A stretch of DNA of 64,000 bases from Myxococcota bacterium (lineage in GTDB: Bacteria > Myxococcota_A > UBA796 > SXON01), in contig JAZKFH010000018.1 in the NCBI GenBank assembly GCA_040386535.1, positions 1 through 64,000 of the forward strand, read 5' to 3'. This document shows positions 37,158 through 47,573 of the stretch, in pieces; within the stretch, counting starts at the first letter, position 1; each line of letters starts with the position of its first letter. The position numbers and the translations under genes were made by a program. The notes under the pieces were generated by a model, which was given only the letters and a program-made list of their open reading frames with translations, did no database searches and was not told where the DNA came from.

Positions 37158-38741
37158 TCACGCGCGCTGCGCCGCCGCGATGATCGCCTCGGCGGCCCGG
37201 AAGCCGTCGAGCGCGGCCGAGACGATGCCGCCGGCGTAGCCCGCGCCTTCTCCCACGGGCAGCAGCCCCGGGAGGGACGGGCTCTCCAGGTTCTCCCCGC
37301 GGAGGAACCGGAGCGGCGCGGTCGTGCGTGTCTCCGGGGCGATGAGCACGCCCTCGGGGCCCGCGTAGCCGGGGATGTCCTTCTCGAAGTGGCGCAGCGC
37401 CCGCCGCATCCCCTCCACCACCGGCGCGGGCAGGACCGCCGCGAGGTCTGTCGGGACGACGCCCAGCGGGTAGCTCGTGCGCGGGAGCTCGGTCGACGCG
37501 CGGCCGGCGAGGAAATCGACCACCCGTTGCGCGGGGGCCTGGCGCCCGTCGGTCGCCGCGGCGGCGCGGCGCTCGATCTCGTCCTGGTAGCGCACGCCCG
37601 CGAGCGGGTCGGTGGCGCCGTAGTCGGCGGTGCCCACCTGCACGATGAGCGCCGCGTTGGCCCACATCGCGCGGCGCGCGGCGAAGGACATGCCGTTGAC
37701 CACGACCGTCCCGTCCGCGTTTCCCGCCGGGACGACCATGCCGCCCGGGCACATGCAGAAGGTGTAGGCGGACCGCGCGCCGGGCAGGTTGTCGGTGAGC
37801 CGGTAGGAGGCAGGGGGCAGCTCGCCGCGCCCGCTCGGGTAGCGGGCGGCGTCGACGAGGGCCTGGGGGTGCTCGATGCGCGCCCCGATGGCGATGGGGC
37901 GCAGGTCGGCGACCGCGCCGGCGTCGAGCAGCGCACGCATGGTGTCCCGCGCGGAGTGGCCGGCCGCCACGATCACGGGGCCACCGTGGATCTCCTCGCC
38001 GCTCGCGAGCCGCACGCCCACGCAGCGCCCGTCCTTCACGAGGAAGGTGGTGACGGTGGCGCCGAAGCGCACCTCGACCCCGCTGTCCAACATGCGCTGG
38101 CGGAGCGCCGGCAGGATGGCCCGCACCTTGTCGGTGCCGAGGTGCGCCCACGCCTCCTGGAGGATGGCCGGATCGGCGCCCGCCTCGACCAGCTTCTTGA
38201 AGACGTAGCCGAGCTCGCCGTCGCGACGGCGCGTGTAGATCTTCCCGTCGGAGAAGGTGCCCGCTCCGCCCTCGCCGAAGAGGATGTTGTTCTCGGGATC
38301 GAGCGGCTTGCCGCGCCAGTAGCCATTCACCGCGGACACCCGCGCGTCGACCGCGCCGCCCCGCTCGAGCAGGATCGCGGGCGCGCCGGCCTCGCCGAGG
38401 CGGAGCGCGGCGAACAGGCCCGCGGGGCCGGCCCCGACGATGATGGGGCGCGAACGCCACCCGATCCCCGTGGGGATCGGCACGTCCCCCGTGCGCTTGA
38501 GCTCATCCCGCGCGGTGAAGGCGCGGACGCCGGGCAGCCCCCGCGCGAGGATCTGGGCCTCGCCGGACGCGAGGTCGACCTTGAAGGTGCCACGCCAGGC
38601 CGGCGGGCGGGCGCGGGCGTCGAGCGAGCGGCGCAACAGCTCGATGCTCGTGATGCGCTCGGTGGGGACCCCGAGGAGCGCGGCCACGGCGGGGGTTGCG
38701 TCTCCCTCCGGGAGGGCGAGATTGGATACGAAGATGGCCAT
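37158..38741 (-). CDS. FAD-dependent oxidoreductase (uncharacterised flavoprotein family)
   Basis: GAGPAGL, FGEGGAGTFSDGK, TFCMCPGG, GEGAGYAGGI. Confidence 0.9.
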   Translation of the reverse strand: MAIFVSNLALPEGDATPAVAALLGVPTERITSIELLRRSLDARARPPAWRGTFKVDLASGEAQILARGLPGVRAFTARDELKRTGDVPIPTGIGWRSRPIIVGAGPAGLFAALRLGEAGAPAILLERGGAVDARVSAVNGYWRGKPLDPENNILFGEGGAGTFSDGKIYTRRRDGELGYVFKKLVEAGADPAILQEAWAHLGTDKVRAILPALRQRMLDSGVEVRFGATVTTFLVKDGRCVGVRLASGEEIHGGPVIVAAGHSARDTMRALLDAGAVADLRPIAIGARIEHPQALVDAARYPSGRGELPPASYRLTDNLPGARSAYTFCMCPGGMVVPAGNADGTVVVNGMSFAARRAMWANAALIVQVGTADYGATDPLAGVRYQDEIERRAAAATDGRQAPAQRVVDFLAGRASTELPRTSYPLGVVPTDLAAVLPAPVVEGMRRALRHFEKDIPGYAGPEGVLIAPETRTTAPLRFLRGENLESPSLPGLLPVGEGAGYAGGIVSAALDGFRAAEAIIAAAQRA

Positions 38742-38825
38742 CGACGCGCTCCCTACGCCGCGATTCCCCCCCGCGCCAGCGGCCCGGCGGGGTTAAGCCC
38801 CTGCCCCTTACCCCCGGTGTGTTCC

Positions 38826-39842
38826 ATGGCTCTCCGCGTCGCCATCAATGGCTTTGGTCGAATCGGTCGTTGCGTCCTCCGCTCGGCCCACAACATGCCG
38901 GACATCGAGATCGTCCACATCAACGATCTCACCAGCCCCGAGCAGCTGGCGCACCTCCTCACGCACGACAGCGTCCACGGCCCCTGGAACGTGCCGGTCG
39001 TGGTGGTCGAGGGCGGGTTCACCATCGGCGGCAAGTTCGTCGCGGTGACCGCCGAGAAGGACCCGGCGAAGCTCCCCTGGCGCGACGCGAAGATCGACAC
39101 CGTCCTCGAGTGCACGGGGCTCTTCACCAAGCGCGAGAAGGCGGCGCTGCACCTCGACGCCGGCGCCAAGCGCGTGATCATCTCGGCCCCGGGCGAGGGC
39201 GAGGACATCACGGTGTGCCTCGGCGTGAACGACGACAAGCTCGACCTGTCGAAACACTTCGTCATCTCGAACGCCTCGTGCACGACCAACTGCCTCGCGC
39301 CGGTCGCGAAGGTGCTCGACCAGCACTTCGGCATCGTGCAGGGCCTCATGACCACCGTGCACTCCTACACGATGGACCAGAACCTCCTCGACGCCCCCCA
39401 CAAGAAGGACCTGCGCCGCGCCCGCGCCGCGGCCCTCAACATGGTGCCGACCAGCACCGGCGCCGCCAAGGCCGTCGGGCTCGTGCTGCCCCAGCTCAAG
39501 GGCAAGCTCAACGGCCTCGCCATCCGGGTGCCGACGCCGAACGTCTCCCTGGTCGACCTGGTCATCAACACCAGCAAGCCCGTCACGAAGGAGTCGGTCA
39601 ACAACGCCCTGATCGAGGCCGCGAACGGCCCCCTCAAGGGCATCCTCCTCGCGGTGAACGCGCCGCTCGTCAGCAGTGACCTCAACGGCAACCCCGCCTC
39701 GTCCATCGTCGACCTCGAGCTCACCGCCGTCATGGGTGACAACATGGTCAAGGTCCTGGCCTGGTACGACAACGAGTGGGGCTTCTCCAACCGCATGGTC
39801 GATCTCTGCCGCAAGATCGCCGCCGTCGAAGGTGCCGCGTGA
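38826..39842 (+). CDS. gap: Glyceraldehyde-3-phosphate dehydrogenase type I
   Basis: INGFGRIGR, ASCTTNCL, WYDNEWGF. Confidence 0.98.
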   Translation: MALRVAINGFGRIGRCVLRSAHNMPDIEIVHINDLTSPEQLAHLLTHDSVHGPWNVPVVVVEGGFTIGGKFVAVTAEKDPAKLPWRDAKIDTVLECTGLFTKREKAALHLDAGAKRVIISAPGEGEDITVCLGVNDDKLDLSKHFVISNASCTTNCLAPVAKVLDQHFGIVQGLMTTVHSYTMDQNLLDAPHKKDLRRARAAALNMVPTSTGAAKAVGLVLPQLKGKLNGLAIRVPTPNVSLVDLVINTSKPVTKESVNNALIEAANGPLKGILLAVNAPLVSSDLNGNPASSIVDLELTAVMGDNMVKVLAWYDNEWGFSNRMVDLCRKIAAVEGAA

Positions 39843-41026
39843 AGCTCCCCACCCTCGACACGCTCGATCTGGACAACCGCCGCGTCTTCCTGCGGGTCGA
39901 CTTCAACGTCCCGCTCGAGAACGGCCACATCAGCGACGACACGCGCATCCGCGCCGCGCTCCCCACGATCCAGGCGCTCCGGGCGAAGGGCTGCAAGCTC
40001 GTCATCGCGTCGCACCTCGGCCGCCCGAAGGGCGTCGTCGTCCCCGAGCTCTCCCTCGAGCCGACCGCGGCGCGCCTCGCCGAGCTGCTCAACGGCGAGG
40101 TCATCTTCGCCCACGACATCGTGGGTGAGGACGTCGAGCTCCTCTCGAAGGAGCTCACGCCGGGCGGCGTGATGATGCTGGAGAACCTCCGCTTCCACCC
40201 CGGTGAGAAGGGTGGGGACGAGGCGTTCGCCACCCAGCTCGCGCGCCTCGGCGAGGTCTACATCAACGACGCGTTCGGCGCGATGCACCGCGCGGAGACC
40301 TCCATCGCCGCGGTGGTGGCCCACTTCGAGATCGTCGGCATCGGTCTGCTCGTGCAGAAGGAGATCGAGGCGCTGACCCGGTGCCTCTCCGGCGCGGCGA
40401 AGCCCTACGTCGCGATCCTCGGCGGCGCGAAGGTGTCCGACAAGATCGGCGTCATCGAGTCGCTGGCGAACCGCGTCGATCACCTGCTGATCGGCGGGGC
40501 GATGGCCTACACCTTCATCAAGGCGCAGGGCTTCTCGGTCGGCGCGTCGCGGGTGGAAGCCGACAAGCTGCTCCTCGCGCAGCGGATGCTCGAGCGCTGC
40601 GCGGAGAAGGGCGTGCAGGTGCACCTGCCCGTCGATCACGTCGTGAACACGTCGTTCGAGAGCGAGGCCCCGGCCCGCACGGTCGACGTGATCGGCGAGA
40701 ACGACATGGGGCTCGACATCGGGCCCGCCACCGTCCTTCGCTACGCGGAGATCATCGCCCAGGCGAAGACCGTGTTCTGGAACGGCCCGATGGGCGTGTT
40801 CGAGCGCGAGGCCTACGCGGCCGGCACCAAGGGCGTGGCCGAGGCCTGCGCGGCGTCCTCCGGCTATACCGTGGTCGGTGGCGGAGACTCGGCGGCGGCG
40901 GCGGAGAAGTTCGGCCTCGCCGACAAGTTCAGCCACGTGTCCACCGGCGGCGGCGCCTCGCTCGAGTTCCTCGAAGGCAAGGACCTCCCCGGCATCAAGG
41001 CGATCCGGGCGCGGAGCCGGGCGTGA
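39839..41026 (+). CDS. pgk: Phosphoglycerate kinase
   Basis: RVDFNVP, GGAKVSDK, STGGGASLE. GTG overlaps the gap stop. Confidence 0.98.
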   Translation: MKLPTLDTLDLDNRRVFLRVDFNVPLENGHISDDTRIRAALPTIQALRAKGCKLVIASHLGRPKGVVVPELSLEPTAARLAELLNGEVIFAHDIVGEDVELLSKELTPGGVMMLENLRFHPGEKGGDEAFATQLARLGEVYINDAFGAMHRAETSIAAVVAHFEIVGIGLLVQKEIEALTRCLSGAAKPYVAILGGAKVSDKIGVIESLANRVDHLLIGGAMAYTFIKAQGFSVGASRVEADKLLLAQRMLERCAEKGVQVHLPVDHVVNTSFESEAPARTVDVIGENDMGLDIGPATVLRYAEIIAQAKTVFWNGPMGVFEREAYAAGTKGVAEACAASSGYTVVGGGDSAAAAEKFGLADKFSHVSTGGGASLEFLEGKDLPGIKAIRARSRA

Positions 41027-41799
41027 CGCCGACCGAGTCGCGGCGGCGTCCGTTCATCGCGGGCAACTGGAAGATGCACAAGGGCCCGGCCGAGGCGGAC
41101 GCCCTGGCCGAGGTGCTCAAGCGCTCGTTGACCGGGCAGGCCCAGGTCGACGTCGCCGTGGCTCCGCCGTTCCTGTCGATCCCCGTCGTGGCCGCGCGTC
41201 TGCGGCACAGCGGCGTGCACGTGGCCGGTCAGAACGTCCACCCCGAGCCGTCCGGCGCGTTCACCGGCGAGATCAGCGCCGAGATGTTGCGGCAGGCGGG
41301 CGTGTCGTACTGCATCGTCGGCCACTCCGAGCGCCGCGCGCTGTTCGGCGACACGGACGCCTTCGTCGAGAAGAAGGTGCACGCCTGCTTCCGCGCCGGC
41401 CTGCTCCCGATCCTCTGCGTCGGCGAGACGCTGGAGGAGCGTGAGGGCGGCCAGGCCGAGGTGGTGGTGCGCCGGCAGCTCGCGGCGGCCCTCGGGCGCC
41501 TCACCGCGGACCAGCTGCCCTCGGTCACGCTCGCCTACGAGCCGGTCTGGGCCATCGGCACGGGCCGCGTCGCGACGCCTCAGCAGGCGCAGGAGATGCA
41601 CGCCACCATCCGCGAGTGGCTAGCCGAGCGGTACCCCGCGTTCGTCCCCCGCGGCATGCGCATCCTCTACGGCGGCTCGGTCAAGGCCAGCAACGCGGCG
41701 GGGCTCCTGTCCCAGCCGGACATCGACGGCGCGCTCGTCGGTGGCGCCGCCCTCATGGCGGACGAGTTCCTCGGCATCGTCGCGGCAGCGGCCAAGTAG
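41023..41799 (+). CDS. tpiA: Triosephosphate isomerase
   Basis: AGNWKM, GHSERR, AYEPVWAIGTG, LVGGA. Confidence 0.98.
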   Translation: MTPTESRRRPFIAGNWKMHKGPAEADALAEVLKRSLTGQAQVDVAVAPPFLSIPVVAARLRHSGVHVAGQNVHPEPSGAFTGEISAEMLRQAGVSYCIVGHSERRALFGDTDAFVEKKVHACFRAGLLPILCVGETLEEREGGQAEVVVRRQLAAALGRLTADQLPSVTLAYEPVWAIGTGRVATPQQAQEMHATIREWLAERYPAFVPRGMRILYGGSVKASNAAGLLSQPDIDGALVGGAALMADEFLGIVAAAAK

Positions 41800-41885
41800 C
41801 GGATCAGCGGGCGCCGAGGATCGTCCAACCGGCGATCCTGGCGATCCATCCATCAGCGCGATAGCGCGGAAGCCTCGGAAGGTTC

Positions 41886-42326
41886 ATGTACATCTTCGTC
41901 GTCACCCTGCACGTCATCCTCTGCTTGATCCTCGTGCTGGTCATCCTCATGCAGCCGGGCAAGGGCGGGGACATCTCCTCCGCGTTCGGCGGCGGCTCGT
42001 CGTCCCAGCTCTTCGGAGCCGCGGGCCCGGGCAACTTCCTCACGCGCGGCACGGGCATCGTGGCGGGGCTGTTCATGGTCACGAGCATCACGCTCGCGCT
42101 CTACAGCACGGAGTCCGCGCGTGGCGGGTCGGGTGTAGAGGACGAGCTCGAGAACGTGCTTCAAGAGGGCGAAGAAGGCTCCGGCTTCGGCGCAGGCAGC
42201 ACGAACGCGCCCGCTCCGGCCGCACCCGCTCCGGCCGCACCCGCGCCCACGCCGGCGCCGGATGCAGCGCCGTCGGACGCCGTTCCGGTGCCGGCTGCGG
42301 CGCCCGCTGAGGCACCGGCCAAATAG
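41886..42326 (+). CDS. secG: Preprotein translocase subunit SecG (Pro/Ala-rich tail)
   Basis: ILMQPGKGGDISSAFGGG..FLTRGT, located downstream of tpiA. Confidence 0.93.
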   Translation: MYIFVVTLHVILCLILVLVILMQPGKGGDISSAFGGGSSSQLFGAAGPGNFLTRGTGIVAGLFMVTSITLALYSTESARGGSGVEDELENVLQEGEEGSGFGAGSTNAPAPAAPAPAAPAPTPAPDAAPSDAVPVPAAAPAEAPAK

Positions 42327-42341
42327 ATCACACGAGAAGCC

Positions 42342-42370
42342 TTGACCCCGACCGGGGCCCGGGGTAAATG
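42342..42370 (+). promoter_or_regulatory. Sigma-70-type promoter of tRNA-Leu
   Basis: TTGACC-N17-TAAATG. Confidence 0.6.
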
Positions 42371-42379
42371 TTTGGGCGC

Positions 42380-42465
42380 GCGCGGATGGCGGAATGGTAG
42401 ACGCGCAAGTTTGAGGTGCTTGTGGCCGAAAGGCTGTGCGGGTTCAAGTCCCGCTTCGCGCACCA
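42380..42465 (+). tRNA. tRNA-Leu (GAG)
   Basis: Acceptor GCGCGGA/TTCGCGC, anticodon loop TTGAGGT, long variable arm GCC-GAAA-GGC, CCA end. Conserved position after secG. Confidence 0.96.
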
Positions 42466-42472
42466 ACCTCAC

Positions 42473-42513
42473 CAAACGCCGCAGGGTAACCCCCTGCGGC
42501 GTTTGTGCTTTTT
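42473..42513 (+). terminator. Rho-independent terminator after tRNA-Leu
   Basis: CAAACGCCGCAGGG-TAACC-CCCTGCGGCGTTTG followed by TGCTTTTT. Confidence 0.85.
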
Positions 42514-42863
42514 GCCTCCCCGAGTCGGCGAGCGCGCCGCGGGCAACCGTGCCCGCCGTCCTCGGGACGAGGTCGAGCAACCTTAGGCGTCCGCGCCCGG
42601 ACCGGCGCCGAAGCCGCTGCTGCCGCCGTCCGGCCCTGGCTGCAGCCGCGTCCGCGTCCGGGCGGCGCCGCTGCAGCTCCCTCTGATGCGGCCCGTCGTG
42701 ACACCCCTCGCCGCAGGCCGCTTGGCGCCTTGACGCTTGCGCCTGCTCGCCGTGGCCGGCGCGCCGTACTCGTCAACAGGCCTCCGCCTGCGCAGCCACG
42801 GCGCCGAGCCCGCAGCTCCGTCAAGAAGAACAGCGCGGACCCCGCCCCGACTTCCCGACGGCG

Positions 42864-43373
42864 CTAGCCTTCCCCGGCGCGACGGTCCGCCGGCCCTACC
42901 GCGCGTTGCTTGCCAGGCGAGGGTCGGCGGCTGCACGTCTCCGGGGCCAGGCAGCTCCCGTAGATCTCGTGCCGGTGATGCTCCACGCGCAGCCCGTGGG
43001 CCACGGCGATGTCCGCCTGCCGCTGCTCGATGATGGGATCCTCGAACTCGAAGATGGTGCCGCACGTCGTGCAGATGAGGTGGTCGTGGTGCTCGTCGTC
43101 GATGACCGGCTCGTAGCGCGACTGCCCGTCATCGAAGTGGCGCTCGTGCGCGACCCCGGCCTCGGCGAACAGCTTCATCGTGCGGTACACGGTCGCGTAT
43201 CCGACGCCCGCCATCCGCTCCTGCACCTGGCCCAGCAGGTCGTCAATCGAGACGTGCCCACCCGCCGCGAAGAACACCTCGAGGATCTGGTCCCGCTGCC
43301 GGGTGTGCTTCAGCCCACGCTCGCGCATGTAGACCGTGAGCTTGCGTTGGGCTTCCTCGACGACCGGCTTCAT
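42864..43373 (-). CDS. fur: Fur-family transcriptional regulator
   Basis: [37 protein letters not shown] before ATG 43373. Confidence 0.92.
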   Translation of the reverse strand: MKPVVEEAQRKLTVYMRERGLKHTRQRDQILEVFFAAGGHVSIDDLLGQVQERMAGVGYATVYRTMKLFAEAGVAHERHFDDGQSRYEPVIDDEHHDHLICTTCGTIFEFEDPIIEQRQADIAVAHGLRVEHHRHEIYGSCLAPETCSRRPSPGKQRAVGPADRRAGEG

Positions 43374-43560
43374 CCCCCCTCCTACCGCGACACCCGGACC
43401 GGGGGCCACCATCGCCAACGATTCGGCGCCCGGATTCCGCGAACGCCCTGCACCGGCCCAGCTCGATGGCCCGAAACACGCGACAGACCAGACGCACGTC
43501 AGCCCACGATCCCTCTCGGGCATCGTGGGCTGACGGCATCAGGGGCCGCGGACGGCGACC

Positions 43561-44031
43561 TTAGACGGCGGGCTGCTGCTCGCCTTCGGTGGTCGGCGCT
43601 GCGGACGAAGCCGGGTAGGCCTCGGTGACCATCTCGAGCAGGTTCATCGAAGCCTGATCGCCGGGGCGACGCCCGAGCTTCAGGATCCGCGTGTACCCGC
43701 CCGGGCGGTTCTCGTACAGCGAGGCGTACTCGGTGAACACCTTCGTGAGCACGTCACGATCGGTGATCCACAGGCGCGCCTGGCGGATGGCGTGAACCCG
43801 GTCGGCCGTGGCCTTTCGGAGCTCCTCACCTTCCAGCCCAGCGAGCTTGGAGGGCGGGACCTTCTTCGAGAGCGTGATGATGCGGTCGGCAACCTTGCGC
43901 ACTTCCTTGGCCTTCGCCTCGGTGGTACGCACGCGGCCGTGCTGCATGAGAGAGGTGACCATGTTGCGGAACATGGCCTTGCGGTGGGCACCGTAGATGC
44001 TGAGCTTACGGCCGGCCTTGAGGTGACGCAT
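43561..44031 (-). CDS. rplQ: 50S ribosomal protein L17
   Basis: MRHLKAGRKL, TTEAKAKE, RPGGYTRI. Confidence 0.97.
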   Translation of the reverse strand: MRHLKAGRKLSIYGAHRKAMFRNMVTSLMQHGRVRTTEAKAKEVRKVADRIITLSKKVPPSKLAGLEGEELRKATADRVHAIRQARLWITDRDVLTKVFTEYASLYENRPGGYTRILKLGRRPGDQASMNLLEMVTEAYPASSAAPTTEGEQQPAV

Positions 44032-44055
44032 GGGATCCTCCGAACGGAGACGCGG

Positions 44056-45063
44056 CTAACCGCGGCTCTTCGGGAAGTTGTGGAGCTTCATGCCGAGCGA
44101 CAGGCCCAGCTCAGAAAGGATTTCCTTGATCTCGTTGAGAGACTTGCGGCCGAAGTTCTTGGTCTTCAGCATCTCCGCTTCAGTCTTCTCGACGAGCTGC
44201 CAGATGAACTCGATGCCGGCGTTCTGGAGGCAGTTCGCCGACCGCACCGAGAGGTCCAGCTCGTCGACGCGCTTGAACAGCGCATCATTGAACTGCTGCT
44301 CGGGCACACGCTCTTCGCCGGTCGAGGGCTCATCCACTTCCATGAAGTTGATGAAGACCTGGAGCTGCTCCTTGAGGACCTTGGCCGCAAACGCCACCGC
44401 ATCCTCGGGGGACACGCTGCCGTTGGTCAACACCTCGAGGGTCAGCTTGTCGAAGTCCGTACGCTGACCAACGCGGGCGTTGGTCACCGTGTACTTCACG
44501 CGGCGGATCGGCGAGTGGATCGCGTCGATCGGCATGGTGCCGATCGGCCGATCGTCCTTCGCCTGCCGATTCGCCGGGATGTAGCCCTTGCCCATCGCCA
44601 CGCCCATCTCCATATGGAGACGGCCGACGCCCGTGAGCGTCGCGATCGGATGATCGGGGTTCAGGATTTCGGCTGCACCGTCGAACCGGATGTCGCCCGC
44701 GGTCACGACGCGCGTGACACCGGCGGTGCCCTCCACGTCGATCGTCGCGTTGAAGGACTCGGTACGATCCGTGCGGATCAGGATGCCCTTGACGTTCAGG
44801 ATGATGTCCGTCACGTCTTCGATGACGCCCGGAATCGACGAGAACTCGTGGAGTACACCGTCGATCTTGACGGACGTGACCGCGGCGCCCTGGAGGCTGG
44901 AGAGGAGTACGCGACGAAGCGCGTTCCCCAGCGTGATGCCGAACCCACGCTCGAGGGGCTTGACCACGAACTTGCCGTAGGTCTCCCCCGACTTCGCGTC
45001 GCGCTCGATGCGCTTCGGCTTGATGAGGCTACGCCAGTTGCTGTAAACGTGTTCACCGACCAT
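44056..45063 (-). CDS. rpoA: RNA polymerase alpha subunit
   Basis: [35 protein letters not shown]. Confidence 0.98.
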   Translation of the reverse strand: MVGEHVYSNWRSLIKPKRIERDAKSGETYGKFVVKPLERGFGITLGNALRRVLLSSLQGAAVTSVKIDGVLHEFSSIPGVIEDVTDIILNVKGILIRTDRTESFNATIDVEGTAGVTRVVTAGDIRFDGAAEILNPDHPIATLTGVGRLHMEMGVAMGKGYIPANRQAKDDRPIGTMPIDAIHSPIRRVKYTVTNARVGQRTDFDKLTLEVLTNGSVSPEDAVAFAAKVLKEQLQVFINFMEVDEPSTGEERVPEQQFNDALFKRVDELDLSVRSANCLQNAGIEFIWQLVEKTEAEMLKTKNFGRKSLNEIKEILSELGLSLGMKLHNFPKSRG

Positions 45064-45205
45064 TTGATGCTCCTGTTCGGGCTTCTGCGTCGTGGGCCGA
45101 TCGACGCTCATCACCCGTTCAGAAACCGCTCCTCGTCATCACGACGCGGCTGGCCCAGCCAACGGAGCGGTAAGGCGACCGGGGGTTTCCCCCCGGCCGG
45201 GTGGA

Positions 45206-45604
45206 TCAGACGCGGCGCCGCTTGGGCGGCCGGCATCCGTTGTGCGGGATGGGCGTCACGTCCGTGATCATCGTGACCTTGAGGCCGGCGTTCTGGATCG
45301 CGCGAAGCGCGGATTCCCGACCGGCACCAGGGCCCTTGATGACCACGCCCGCGGACTTCATCCCGTGCTCCATCGCCTTGCGGGCGGCGTCTTCCGCCAC
45401 GAGCTGCGCCGCGAACGGCGTGCTCTTGCGGGAGCCCTTGAAGCCCTTCACGCCAGCGCTGGACCAGGCCACGGTGTTTCCACCCGGATCGGTCACGGTG
45501 ACGATCGTGTTGTTGAACGTCGACTGGATGTGAACCATCCCGTACGGCACGTTCTTCTTGACCCTCTTGGGGCCCTTCTTCTTTGCGGCAGCTGCGGTGC
45601 TCAT
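45206..45604 (-). CDS. rpsK: 30S ribosomal protein S11
   Basis: [25 protein letters not shown]. Confidence 0.98.
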   Translation of the reverse strand: MSTAAAAKKKGPKRVKKNVPYGMVHIQSTFNNTIVTVTDPGGNTVAWSSAGVKGFKGSRKSTPFAAQLVAEDAARKAMEHGMKSAGVVIKGPGAGRESALRAIQNAGLKVTMITDVTPIPHNGCRPPKRRRV

Positions 45605-45619
45605 TTCCGTTCCCTCCCG

Positions 45620-45985
45620 CTACTTCTTCTTGGCGACGACGCGACGAGGACCCTTGCGGGTACGTGCGTTGGTGTGGGTGCGTTGACCACGGGCCGGAAG
45701 GCCGCGCTTGTGGCGGCTCCCACGGTAGGTGCCGAGGTCGATCAGCCGCTTGATGTTCATGGCGACCTCCTTGCGGAGCTCACCCTCCACGCGGTACTCG
45801 CGCTGAATCACGTCGCGGATGCGGGCGATGTCCACCTCGGACAGGTCCTGCGTGCGAATCGACGCGTCCACCTGGGCCTTCGCCAAGATGTCCGTCGCGT
45901 TCTTGCGACCGATGCCGTAGATGTACCCGAGTGCGATGTCGATGCGCTTGTTGCGCGGAAGATCGACGCCTTCGATGCGTGCCAT
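45620..45985 (-). CDS. rpsM: 30S ribosomal protein S13
   Basis: [19 protein letters not shown]. Confidence 0.98.
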   Translation of the reverse strand: MARIEGVDLPRNKRIDIALGYIYGIGRKNATDILAKAQVDASIRTQDLSEVDIARIRDVIQREYRVEGELRKEVAMNIKRLIDLGTYRGSRHKRGLPARGQRTHTNARTRKGPRRVVAKKK

Positions 45986-45994
45986 ACGTCCTCC

Positions 45995-46108
45995 TTAGCC
46001 CTGGCGCTGCTTATGCTTGGCGGTGACGCAGATCACGCGGACGACGCCGCGTCGACGGATGACGCTGCACTTGTCGCAGATGACCTTCACTGAGGCCTTT
46101 ACTTTCAC
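45995..46108 (-). CDS. rpmJ: 50S ribosomal protein L36 (Zn-ribbon form)
   Basis: [14 protein letters not shown]...VIC...KHKQRQG, GTG start. Confidence 0.96.
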   Translation of the reverse strand: MKVKASVKVICDKCSVIRRRGVVRVICVTAKHKQRQG

Positions 46109-46136
46109 TGGAGTCTCCTCGCCGGCGAGAGCCGGT

Positions 46137-46916
46137 TCATCGGATGGGGGGGGAGGGCTCGAGGCTCGTGAGAATCTCGGGGCCCGACGGGGTGATGGCG
46201 ACGGTGTGTTCGAAGTGCGCCGCTCGGCTTCCATCCTCGGTGACGACCGTCCATTCGTCTTTGAGGATCCGCGTACGCGGGGAGCCGAGGGTGATCATCG
46301 GCTCGAGCGCCAGCACCATTCCCACCTTGAGCAGGGGGCCGGTGCCGGCCTTGCCGAAGTTCGGTACGCTCGGCTCCTCGTGAAGCTTGCGTCCGATCCC
46401 GTGACCCACGAATTGAGTCACCACCCCCAGGCCTCTCGACTCGCAGTACGACTGGACCGTGTGTCCGATGTCGCCGATGCGGTTGTTGACCCGGGCGCGG
46501 GCGACGGCCTCATATAAGGACTTCTCGGTCGTGTCAAGGAGCAGCGCGGTCTGCTCGTCGACCGGCGGCATCGCCATCGAGAAGGCGGTGTCGGCGTAGT
46601 AGCCACCGTACACCAGCCCGAAATCCAGGGAGACGAGGTCCCCCTCCAGCAGCCGGCGCTTGGACGGGATCCCGTGCACCACCTGCTCGTTGATGGAGAC
46701 GCAGATGGTCGCGGGAAAGACCGCCCGGCCAACCTTGTAGCCCTTGAACGCCGGCTTGGCGCCCGCGGCCAAGATGGCATCCTCGGTCATCCGATCGATG
46801 TCCAGCGTGGAGGCACCCACTACCACGCGTTCACGAAGGCCCGCGACCACCTCGGCAAGCTTGCGCCCCGCGGTACGCATGACCCCGAGCTCCCAGGCCT
46901 CCTTGATCAGGATCAC
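46137..46916 (-). CDS. map: Methionine aminopeptidase type I
   Basis: [34 protein letters not shown]. Confidence 0.97.
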   Translation of the reverse strand: MILIKEAWELGVMRTAGRKLAEVVAGLRERVVVGASTLDIDRMTEDAILAAGAKPAFKGYKVGRAVFPATICVSINEQVVHGIPSKRRLLEGDLVSLDFGLVYGGYYADTAFSMAMPPVDEQTALLLDTTEKSLYEAVARARVNNRIGDIGHTVQSYCESRGLGVVTQFVGHGIGRKLHEEPSVPNFGKAGTGPLLKVGMVLALEPMITLGSPRTRILKDEWTVVTEDGSRAAHFEHTVAITPSGPEILTSLEPSPPIR

Positions 46917-46928
46917 GTGAGGCTCCGA

Positions 46929-47573
46929 CTAGTTCAGGCCGAGCGCGGCGAACACGCGCGCGCGGATATCGGCGACATCCCCCGTGCCAGCGATGTCGTG
47001 CACCGGCGCCACCGGCCGAAGGACAGGAAGCACCGGGATCGTTTCGCGCGCGTAGGTCTCGAGACGGGTGAGCACCACTTCCGGCTTGTCGTCATCGCGC
47101 TGGATGATGGTCGTCCCACACCGCGAGCACTGCTCTCCGTCAGCGGGAGCAAACTCGCGATGAAAGGTAGCGCCACAAGATGGGCACGAGCGCCGCCCAG
47201 TGAGCCGCTTGAGGATCACCTCATCGGGCACAACGAGGTTGATCACCCCGTCGACCTGACGGCCACGGGCTGCAAGCCACGTGAGCAACCACTCGGCCTG
47301 AACCGCGGTCCGGGGAAACCCATCGAGGAGGACGCCGTTCGCGGCGTCCGGCTCCTCGAGACGGGAGGCCACGATCTCACAGGTGAAGGCGTCAGGCACG
47401 AGCCCACCACCTTGCATGTAGGCCTTCGCCCGAGCGCCGAGCTCGGTCCCTTCCTTGAGGTGCCGACGGAAGATGTCGCCGGTCGCCACGTGCGGAACGC
47501 CCAGGCGCTGCGCCAGGTCCTTGGCTTGCGTACCCTTGCCCGAACCAGGAGGGCCAAACAGCAGAACGGTCAT
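46929..47573 (-). CDS. adk: Adenylate kinase (Zn-lid type)
   Basis: GPPGSGKGTQA, LDGFPRT, CPSC..CSRC lid. Confidence 0.97.
   Translation of the reverse strand: MTVLLFGPPGSGKGTQAKDLAQRLGVPHVATGDIFRRHLKEGTELGARAKAYMQGGGLVPDAFTCEIVASRLEEPDAANGVLLDGFPRTAVQAEWLLTWLAARGRQVDGVINLVVPDEVILKRLTGRRSCPSCGATFHREFAPADGEQCSRCGTTIIQRDDDKPEVVLTRLETYARETIPVLPVLRPVAPVHDIAGTGDVADIRARVFAALGLN

Noticed and set aside
32187..42465. Genomic island integrated at tRNA-Gly or tRNA-Leu
   Set aside because: I saw no integrase and no duplicated tRNA 3' end. Both tRNAs are followed directly by their terminators.
46109..46136. infA absent between map and rpmJ
   Set aside because: This is a common variation in many lineages and not remarkable alone.
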